20,000 bases of DNA from Albugo candida. Lineage: Eukaryota. This document shows, in pieces, positions 1 through 8,640 of this stretch. Within the stretch, counting starts at the first letter, position 1. Each line of letters begins with the position of its first letter. The notes under the pieces were generated by a model, which worked only from the letters and a program-made list of their open reading frames with translations, searched no databases and was not told where the DNA came from. Position numbers and translations under genes: made by a program. The stretch lies in NCBI GenBank assembly GCA_040437565.1, contig JBDOQK010000074.1, positions 109,748 to 129,747 of the forward strand. Reading direction: 5' to 3'.

Positions 1-522
1 ATATTATAACTTTCGCGCAGCCGACCCCACCTGGTGACATTTTTCAACATATCAACCGCAAGATCGAACATATCACATCCTTCAGAAAGTATTTGAACAG
101 GTTAGTTTATATATACCTTTCTTCCCACGTGTTTTTCCAGTCACTTAAGTTTCGCAATGACAGCCATAAAAAAGCTTAATGTCCAGTGGCAACCGGCGCG
201 AAGCCATGCTCTTCTACTTATATTACTAAATACTTTTAATTCTAAAAATAGAATTTATATCAACAAAAATTAAATAATTTTAAAAAAACGATTTTTTATT
301 TTTCTCAACAGCAACAGCCACCTTTCCAGCATCCTAATCTTTAGTCTCTAGTATTAAGCTACCATATACAGATATCAGGAAAAAAACCGTACCTACGCTA
401 GAACAATATAACAAAAAAGCGTAAGAAACAGAATGAGCTCTGTATAAAAGTAGACAAGTGACCTGATTGGCGAGCGTACTTAACAACGATTAAATTTTGT
501 GAGCTGTGATTGGTTAGATCAA

Positions 523-566
523 TTGTCTGTGGCCGCAGTATTAATGTCTGTGGCCATAGCGGCTCC
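523..566. repeat. TIR-like terminus of a DNA transposon (probably Mutator-family), related to 19593-19637
   Basis: TTGTCTGTGGCCGCAGTATTAATGTCTGTGGCCATAGCGGCTCC aligns without gaps to 19593-19636 at about 33/44 by eye. It contains two GTCTGTGGCC units. The family assignment is inferred from the transposase next to the second copy. Confidence 0.45.
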
Positions 567-790
567 AAACTACTTAATGACGAGTCCTAACTAAGTTTGA
601 GTAGCCCATTTCATGGAGACCGCTACAAATAACCAATTCTATCCATTTAGGCCATGTCCACGATCTGGAAGACAAGAATTGTCTTCGATCTCATGGGCAG
701 TTGTGCTTAACTACTTGAAGCTAGGTTTATTTGTGTTAGTGAAATGTTTGACTGCTGTCTTGCAGCGATGATGGCAAGAATCGGTACATC

Positions 791-1065
791 TTAGTATTCA
801 TTTTTGTCGACTATTCCAAAACCGATAACGGCACGTAGCCTCGTCAGCGTTTGCTTGCCCAAAAACTTTGCATACTTCTCGACATAGAACACCTTAACGC
901 GGTAAGACACGTCGCAGCGGGGTACAACGCTAACGTGTTCCACCGAGCAGAGAACACGTAGTCTCGCCATCGTCTGCTTGGCCGAACCATCGCATACTTC
1001 TTGACGTACCAGAAGATATAATATAAATGTCTCCGCAACGGTCGTTGGCATACTGACATCAGCAA
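791..1065 (-). pseudogene. Relic of an unidentified protein with a 41-codon internal repeat, frameshifted
   Basis: 832-886 and 955-1008 are direct repeats (about 43/55 nt, 123-nt offset). Minus-strand translations are YVKKYA(fs)SAKQTMARLRV and YVEKYAKFLGKQTLTRLRA, with several synonymous differences. Confidence 0.4.
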
Positions 1066-2864
1066 TTATGACCGATCTAACAGCTGCAACCTATGCGTAC
1101 ACTATTGCGTGAAGTCGGCCCGATCACTGGCTCTGGCATGATGATGGGCATAGTCTCACAGCAATTTTAACTAGGCTTGACCCGCTTACAAAATTAGATT
1201 GTCTGGGCTTCATCAATTCCTTCAAAAATATCGCGTCCGCTGATTTCTCAAATGTATCGTCCCTACGTACTTGGTCTGGGCGTCAAATAATAGATTGTCG
1301 AATCCTGGAACCATGGTTTATTGAAATGTTGTCCCCTTAAGTGTGATTGTTGTGAATGGGTCAAATGGTTCTGGAGCACTTTATGTCTTCAATGAGAAAT
1401 ATGGATAAAATAAAAAGCGTGTTCGGGAGGTCAAGATCGCTATGCTAAGAAAAAATGACCATCACATAATGACCCACATATCGATGACTCAATCGACTGC
1501 CACTAAAGCTGTATTATCTACCAAAGCTGATGCACGTGTCCAAGGAAACTCGATGCACGTGCAAAGAAAGATTTTGGAACCTCTGTCTGGTTTTTATGTG
1601 AAAGATGCCCTATATTGCACGTTTAAACAATTGAACTCCGCGTTGCCGATATATATTTGGCTGCGCACCCAGATGTACCAGTTTCACTAATAGTTATGCA
1701 ACGATGATGGTCATAGCGGATGTAATGGTTTGATGCAAATCATTTGGCTCCATGAGTATGACTTTGTAACCTGATAGGCTCCTTTGTCAATACACAAAGG
1801 TCTACGTCACAATAAAAGTGCAAAACGCTGTGGTATGTGCATTACAGCCTCGTATCAACACGCTGTTGCACTCCTGCGATATCACAATCTCGTATTGGAG
1901 ATGTGCAAAACTGATCAACCGTAGAAAAGTCTTGACCTGCATGATGCAATGGTCGAAAGATCTCCAAAACAGAAATGGATCACTAGCTGTAGTTCGTCAA
2001 TTTCGGATTGTACGCTGTTTTTTATCCGTCGCATGCCTTCATTCGTCAACATCAGGCTTCATCATAAATTTCTTTGTGTACTGACGGCACGGTCGATTGA
2101 TTTTTTGCAATAGTATATATAACCACAAACCTGAGAATATAACATTAGAAGTCGGATACGTGACACTTAACCCCATGCTGTCATTACATTGTTTGTAACG
2201 TGATTTGCTTTGATGAACTTCTACAAGATACATTTGTGGAAAGTGTTTCCAAAGGGTTTGGCTTCGTGTATCTCGTAGAAGCTTGATCCCGATTCTTGGG
2301 ATCATAAACGGACTGTTTCTATTTCCATAATAATTTTTACATCATGAAGTGAGCGCACTGACAGAGCCATTGCTGTGAGCTTCTTGCAGCGTACCGAGTC
2401 TTAACGATTTGGATATGACCGGAAAGTGCCAAAAGTGTGTTATCTTGCTGCATTGCAATTCACCAAAGAATTAGGTATTTGTAGTGGAGACCACAAAAAT
2501 TCATATTGACATCTTGTATCGATAATATAAAGTTACGGCCACCAGGAGACTTCACTTAGCTTTCTGGATGAATCGAAAATTTGATCATGACAAAATAGCC
2601 GTCAGCGTTGTCAACCCTCCTACCTTAACCTAGAAATCGTTACAAAGAATGCAATCGACATTTCCAAACTTATATATTCTTTGATGATAACGCTCGAAAA
2701 AGACACTCAGCATGTTTTATTACGATCGATACCGTCCCTAAACAAGTATTGCGGGAGCGTCATAAATAAAAATTGGTTAGCCTTGATACGATCAAACACA
2801 CTGTGGTGGATAATGGCGGTTAAACGGAAATGAATCGGATATGTAACGTATCTGTACATCATTC

Positions 2865-3053
2865 TATTAAGAACAGTATGGTACAAGTAGATGTATGGCA
2901 CAAATCAGTCTTGTTCATATCTATTGCACAATAAAGCAATGGCTGTGGGCGAAACGTTTCTTAAGGCTTAGACTAACTAGTACGGTGAACTAACGACCTT
3001 GGGAACACAATATACATACTTTTGCTTTATACTGCTGCGTAGTGTTTCTAGAT
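2865..3053 (+). mobile_element. Solo LTR of a Copia family related to Copia-B
   Basis: Shares colinear blocks with the Copia-B LTRs: GG.AC.AATCAG.CT, CTATTG.ACAATAAA, CTGTGGGCG and AAGGCTTAG.CTA.CTAGTA..GTGAACTAA.GACCT. Length is similar (189 bp). Flanked by CATTC at 2860-2864 and 3054-3058. No PBS or internal sequence follows. Confidence 0.75.
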
Positions 3054-3187
3054 CATTCTAGCCCGCTGATCAAGGGCCTCGAGTAGTCTAATCCGGAGAC
3101 CACCACACACAGGAAAACCACAAAATCAGTGCACACAGAAAGCGATATTCTTGGCGCTTCCGATGAGAGAGAACGATAAACTGCTGA

Positions 3188-3402
3188 TGTTGAAAAATGA
3201 TATATATTCGCTTAGTTCGAGACACAGCGGGAATCCAGTCTAGCGGTATAATCACGGCTTGGATGGTACGTCAGGGATAGAAACGATACATACCATGTTA
3301 GGCCACGTGAAGAGAAAGTTCTAGCAGATATATGAGAATAGTATACCGACTTCAGCAATTGCCACCAATCAAATAGCATACCTTTCTCTTGGTAAAGCGA
3401 CA
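3188..3402 (+). repeat. Putative 5' LTR of Copia-A
   Basis: Starts TGTTGA and ends GCGACA immediately before a PBS-like motif. There is no second copy in the window, so the left boundary is inferred. Confidence 0.6.
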
Positions 3403-3416
3403 GATTATGATCCCAA
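3403..3416 (+). promoter_or_regulatory. Degenerate primer-binding site, half-tRNA-iMet type
   Basis: GATTATGATCCCAA directly after CA. It differs by two mismatches from the GGTTATGAGCCCAA seen in Copia-B. Confidence 0.65.
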
Positions 3417-3460
3417 GCCCCATAGAGCAAGGTGCTCTAAATCACTTCCAAGCGCCGCGC

Positions 3461-4580
3461 ATGTCCCAAGCCGACAATGACGGATCTATTACAGGACCCG
3501 GCGCGAGCGAGGCTGTTATCGGGCTGCTGGAATCGATGACGGAGATGTAGGTGGACATCAGAGCTCGCCTTGACAGGCTAGAAGCTCGAAGGGTAGAGGA
3601 TGACCAAGCTTCGGTTGTATCTGCAGATAGCGGCACCTTTCGCACTTACGTGGAGGCACGCATTGGACTCAGCCGTAGCATGACGCTGGTCTCGAAGCCA
3701 CGATAAATCCAGCGCAACAGCATGAAGCAGGACATAAGCAACAAAGAGCAGCTGGAGCGGGAGTGGGACTAGAAATGCGCGCACAGAAACCAAAAGAACC
3801 CGCGTTCAGACAGACACAAACGCCGGCGTGCTTCGCATCGTCAATTGTACCACGAATCAGTGATTTTAAAGTTGTCAATTGAGAGCTTCGAAGGAAAGGA
3901 AGTGTACTCTGGGCTCGGTGGTGATTCGGTCTTTGGAGAAAGAGATTTCTTCGCAAGGTTAGAATCACTTAAGAGCTCATTGGGTGCTTATGGTCTAAAG
4001 GCATTAAGCTGGACGTTCTTGGAAGGTACTTGACTGGCAAACTTGGCTAACACTTCCACATCCAGATGGATAACGGATAAATATAGAGCTTGGCCCCAAG
4101 TTCTCAACATCCTAGGCATTCAATCTGTCAACCATGGAGAAGAAAAAAAGATTCAGTTCCATAAAACCATCACATGATAATATGATGTTTATGATGGCTA
4201 TGAAGGATGCTGTTGGTGATGCATCATATCAGGTGCTCGAAAATATTGCTAAATATGCCTTCTCGTCAAGTTCATACCAAGGAGTTCTACTAGCGCGTGA
4301 AAATCCGCAGCGAGACGATCTTCTGAGACAAGCAGAGGAGTTGGTGCACTTTGCCAAGGTGAATGATCCTACACCTATCTTTGGATGCAAGAGAGCCTTA
4401 TATGCTGTCAAGAGAAATGGAGATGGTGGACCTAGACACAAAGCACGGCGCGAGGGCAAGAAGCCAGGTGCTTGCTTCCAATATGGGAAGGAAGGGCACT
4501 ACAAGCGCGATTGCCCAAGCAAGGAGCAGAGGATTTTCACTCTGGCCGTCGCAGATGGTATGGACTCCACATCGCATTGA
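3461..4580 (+). pseudogene. gag: Copia-A gag (stops and frameshifts)
   Basis: ATG at 3461. KLSIESFEGKEVYSGLG motif in ORF 3845-4033. Zinc knuckle CFQYGKEGHYKRDC (CX2CX4HX4C with C>Y) in ORF 4134-4580. Confidence 0.8.
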
Positions 4581-5877
4581 TTTTCGACAGTGGGTCGAGT
4601 TGTCACTTAGTGACACAGCTTCAAAAAGTCGAAGAGTGCGATGAAGAGTGCATGCCCTCGAACTGAGATAGCATCCGGATGCAACTTAAAAGAAGCGATA
4701 ACTTCATGGCTTGCGTTGACGGTGAACTTCACCAAGTCAGGCTACGTGAAGTATATTATGCAGACAGCCTCCATGGGAATATCATTTCGTATGGAAATAT
4801 TGAGGAGATTGGGTACGAGCTATCCTAGAACGGACATAAACGTTACGTTTTCTGTCGCAGTGATGGATGCAAACGTTTTCGTGTGGACAAGTGTACGAGA
4901 AATGTATTCGTGGTGAAAGTTGTCGAGACTGATTTGTAGCAAGACAACGATTGCGTTACCATGGCTCTCAGTGAAACATTGCTTCAGCCGGACTCATATA
5001 TACAATCAGGCAGTATGCTGGATTTCCACTCACGCTTCACTCATCTGTCGTATTACACATTCAAGCGCACGGCAGGTGACCCAGAGAATCGAATCCGTCT
5101 TACGACCAAAGAAAGAACGACGTGTCTTACATGTGATCATGATAAACAAAGACACAGTCATATGGACACGGAATTGAACGCGCCCATTATCAGACTTGGC
5201 GGTGTCATATGCAGTGACATCAAGGTACCAATCACGCCGACCGATAGACTTGGAAACCGGTACATGATTAATTCATTGACCACAAGATTAATTACTGCCA
5301 CGTTTTCCTCGCCAAGACAAATGACAAGGCAACGAAGCAGCTTGAGCAGTTTCTCGTCTACTTTGAGAAGCGATTTGAATCCGCGATCCACTGCCTACGC
5401 ATAGATGGGAAGTGTATACAAGGCGGCCGATTTGTTTTGCAAGAATAAGGGTGTTTGTCGACAGCTATCGGAGTCCGATAATCAGGAATCCAACGGAAAG
5501 GCGGAGCACATGCACTAAACGATAGTGAATATGGTACGCTCCATGACTTTTGGGCCTGGCTTACCTCTGAGTTTATGGGGCGATGCGGCAGAATAATCAG
5601 CGTACATTATCATTTTCAGCCCANNNNNNNNNNNNNNNNNNNNNNNNNNNNNNNNNNNNNNNNNNNNNNNNNNNNNNNNNNNNNNNNNNNNNNNNNNNNN
5701 NNNNNNNNNNNNNNNNNNNNNNNAGGTGGGAAAAAGAACCCACCGCGTGAGATATTCAGGGCGGTTTACCACACACTGATCAAATGCCCCACTTCACACG
5801 AAATGGTTCTTTGAAGCGAAAACAAATGTGGATGGTGATGTGGAACGCTACAAGGCACGCATAGTAGTGTGCGGTAA

Positions 5878-6363
5878 GGGTCCGTACCCAGTTCAATCGG
5901 TTAACCACTTGAGCGCACGGACCCCCTGCCGGAGGTCGTTAGTTCGATCCCAGGCAGTGTGGGCAGCGGTTTGAGCCCACCCAAGCAATAAGCTTGGAAA
6001 TTAACTGCCTCCCTAGGTTTGAAGTCAGACTTAAGTGATATTCACACGGTCAGGGGCTCATGATAGGATAAGGAAGGTAGTTGAAGAACCAGATAAACAG
6101 TGTAATGAAATCCTTGANNNNNNNNNNNNNNNNNNNNNNNNNNNNNNNNNNNNNNNNNNNNNNNNNNNNNNNNNNNNNNNNNNNNNNNNNNNNNNNNNNN
6201 NNNNNNNNNNNNNNNNNGCCCACCCAAGCAATAAGCTTGGAAATTAACTGCCTCCCTAGGTTTGAAGTCAGACTTAAGTGATATTCACACGGTCAGGGGC
6301 TCATGATAGGATAAGGAAGGTAGTTGAAGAACCAGATAAACAGTGTAATGAAATCCTTGACAA
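5878..6363 (+). mobile_element. tRNA-derived SINE (about 243 bp once the gap-flanking duplicate is collapsed)
   Basis: Exact 15-bp TSD AGTAGTGTGCGGTAA at 5863-5877 and 6364-6378. Pol III A-box-like CAGTTCAATCGG (5889-5900) and B-box GTTCGATCC (5942-5950). Removing the insert and one TSD restores KARIVVCGNEKACGDN. Confidence 0.88.
5975..6360. other. Probable assembly artefact: 143-bp exact duplicate around a 100-N gap
   Basis: 5975-6117 equals 6218-6360. Ns at 6118-6217. Confidence 0.85.
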
Positions 6364-6969
6364 AGTAGTGTGCGGTAATGAAAAGGCGTGTGGAGATAAC
6401 TGTACGATGACATTTGCCGCTGTCGTGGATATGATCACAAGGAATGTAATTTTGCCGTTATAGGAGATTCATGGCGTTACAGCGATACATAGAGATGTGT
6501 GAAATGCATATATCAAGGCGCCTACGGAGCCGGATATCGACATATATTCATATGTCCCATAGGTTATGATTGTGGAAAAAGAGGAGCTTCAGAGACTCGT
6601 TCTTCAGCAAGTTGGAGAGGTGGTTCTACAGCTTCGGCGTAGTCCCTATGGGCTAAAGCAAGCAGGACGGCTTTGAGCAAAAGTATTGATACAGAATTAT
6701 TGCACTCGGGTTTTGCGCAATGTGTCACGGAAACATGTCTCTACTACAAAGCTGACGGATGCATGAATTTTCTGATCCTCATCCGTTATTTTATAAGAAT
6801 ACATTCCTTATGAAGCAAATTCGAAGATCGTGTTAAGATTGAGTAAAATGTGGGCTTGGTCGTTTATCTCTCGCTTCCAAACGCGTACTTTCCGTAGAAT
6901 TTCCAGCACGCGTCAAAATTTACAGGCAGATTTGATGCCTCATAATACTTCATGTCATCACCCTTATGC

Positions 6970-7339
6970 TCATCCTTTTTTTTCTGGGTCATAGAGATAA
7001 GGACTTGCCAATGCCTCTTGTGGTGAATTGATATTATCAAAGCCGTCTGGTAGTGTTACGTTCATGGGTGAAACAAGTCCACCGTAAGCACCTTCGTTAA
7101 CAGGACAGCGATTTTGCAAAGCATCATTAGGGTCCTTAGTACCATTTACGTAAAATGCCAATACAAATTCTGACTCTTCACTATCTTGATAATACACCGG
7201 TGCTATTTCATTAGCCATCCCCGATCGCAATTTCCAAGCCATTCTATTACTTATTCTATGCAGTTTTATGCAATCACCGCTCTCGAAATGATGATACGCT
7301 GTTGAAAGTGCGAGCATCGTGATACAATACGCTTTTCAT
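6970..7339 (-). pseudogene. Non-TE ORF, possibly a frameshifted small secreted (RxLR-like) protein
   Basis: 115-aa ORF 6970-7317 with no TE motifs. Deleting one base of the A4 run after the ATG at 7339 gives MKAYCITMLALSTAY..., with WKLR at aa 35-38 and DSEES at aa 52-56. Confidence 0.3.
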
Positions 7340-7681
7340 CGATGCATCTTCACTGGGTTGAAGGTTCGTCGACATTCGATTATAAGTAAGAACTCCTTGA
7401 TGATTCAATGCGGAAGCTGCATTATCCACGCCGTTCCATTGTGAATTCCTAGAACACTGGGACAACGTTTCCAAGCATCGGAACCGTACTTTGAGATTAT
7501 GGAAGTAAACCTACAAAATGCACAGTACACTAGTCGTAACCTTTTTTCCTGCATCTTTTTGTATCAGAGTTTTGGAAGGAAAGTGTGCTACACCTATGTT
7601 GGCCTAGTCAGTTATTCTTAGCTTTTTCATTTTTTGTCCAATAGATTTTATTGCTGACAATCCCGAGGATATCCTTAGATA

Positions 7682-7865
7682 TGTTGAAGCTGATGTCCCT
7701 GAACCACTGTGGAACACATCAGGCTAATCAATTTGCAGCTATTGAACAATAAATTACTGTCTGTGGGCGTCTAGTACGAGAAGGCTTAGGCTAGCTAGTA
7801 AAGTGAACTAAGGACCTCCTACATTAAATATATCACCTTCAAAATTATATCTTAAGTGCTCAAAA
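7682..7865 (+). repeat. 5' LTR of Copia-B (184 bp)
   Basis: TGTTGAAGC...GTGCTCAAAA. Aligns to 12222-12407 with 26 substitutions and a 2-bp indel by hand count. Confidence 0.95.
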
Positions 7866-7879
7866 GGTTATGAGCCCAA
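7866..7879 (+). promoter_or_regulatory. Primer-binding site, half-tRNA-iMet (copia/Ty5) type
   Basis: GGTTATGAGCCCAA abuts the LTR end. It matches the GGTTATGRGCCC PBS known from Drosophila copia and yeast Ty5. Confidence 0.9.
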
Positions 7880-8640
7880 GTACTCAGAACACGGTCGATG
7901 AACTTCTTGGTGATGACAATTACTTCAGATGGGAGTTCAATGCGCGTATGAAGATGATGAAGAATGGTTTGCTGAATCATATTGAAAAGTCGGAGTCACT
8001 AAAGCGAAGATCCTGCAGCTTTGACAATCTGGAAAGTCAACGGCCTCAAAGCTTTCGCAATTATTTTAATGTTAATCAGCCCGAGCCTCCAAGCAATGGT
8101 CAGAGGCGCTTCTACAACCTCTCAGTTATCGGAGATTCTAAAGAATTTTTACCTTCGAAATAGTATGCAGAACAGAGTACGGAATCAGCGAAGACTTCAT
8201 GAATTCAGAATGGGAAAGGGTCAGAATATTATGGAACATTTCATGAAATTTGATGAATTATGCCTTTCGATGCAAGCTTGTGCGGATGTGATTAATATGG
8301 ATGAGCAATTAGTAATATTGCTTCGGAGTCTCTCGGATGAGTACGATCAGATAATCAAGATTATTGAAAATGTCCAAGCGATGGAGCTTTTTCAAGCAAA
8401 AAAAATGCAGCAGCGGGAGTATGAACTATTCGTGGAAAAAGAGACAGGAGAAATTGCTCTAAAAGCAATGAAGAAGTCGGAAAAAATCGACGCAAGAAAA
8501 TCTCTTCAAATGACTTACAAATTCGAAGGAAAATGTTATCACTCTGACAAAATTGGACATAAGAATGCAGACTATTGGAAGAATGTAAAACACAAGAAGA
8601 AGTATAATGAAAAAGCATTCACAGTGTGTGAAGACATGGC
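7870..8640 (+). pseudogene. gag: Copia-B gag (UBN2/Retrotran_gag_2-like, frameshifted)
   Basis: LLGDDNYFRWEFNARM, then a frameshift near 8020 into ORF 8021-8689 (RRLHEFRM, VILLRSLSDEYD). Broken zinc knuckle CYHSDKIGHKNADY. Confidence 0.9.

Larger units (their letters stand above)
3188..6760 (+). mobile_element. Copia-A: degenerate Ty1/Copia LTR retrotransposon, 3'-truncated within RT, carrying a SINE insertion
   Basis: 5' LTR and PBS, followed by gag, protease, integrase and RT motifs in Copia order. Homology stops after CVTETCLYYKADG. No YVDD, RNase H or 3' LTR is present. Confidence 0.92.
4575..6760 (+). pseudogene. pol: Copia-A pol remnants (protease, integrase, N-terminal RT)
   Basis: Protease IFDSGSSCHLV. 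Integrase HHCC (FHSRFTHLSY...CLTC), core VICSDIKVPITPTDRLGNRYMINFID and SNGKAE. RT DGDVERYKARIVVCGNE, YGLKQAGR and TCLYYK. Many stops and frameshifts. Confidence 0.9.

Noticed and set aside
557..625. Hammerhead ribozyme (TGACGAGTCC inside a hairpin)
   Set aside because: There is no CUGA start, no closing GGAC-GAAA and no NUH cleavage site in the right geometry.
761..960. Plus-strand integrase-like peptide (NRYILVFIFVDYSKTDNGT)
   Set aside because: The motif spacing is wrong for a DDE core, and the synonymous-change pattern favours the minus strand.
1442..2860. Short ORFs of 64-88 aa as genes
   Set aside because: They have no recognisable motifs, and their lengths are compatible with chance.
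5878..5960. Functional tRNA gene
   Set aside because: There is no acceptor stem or anticodon arm and no T-run terminator. It is the head of a TSD-flanked SINE.
6751..6755. GCTGA at the Copia-A truncation point equals the 5 bp before its LTR (3183-3187), a possible TSD
   Set aside because: No 3' LTR precedes it, and it reads as RT codons. A 5-bp match is expected by chance.
6860..6945. Minus-strand LPVNFDACWKF resembling a papain/cathepsin N-terminus
   Set aside because: The match is short, a stop follows, and there is no QxxCGSCW catalytic motif.
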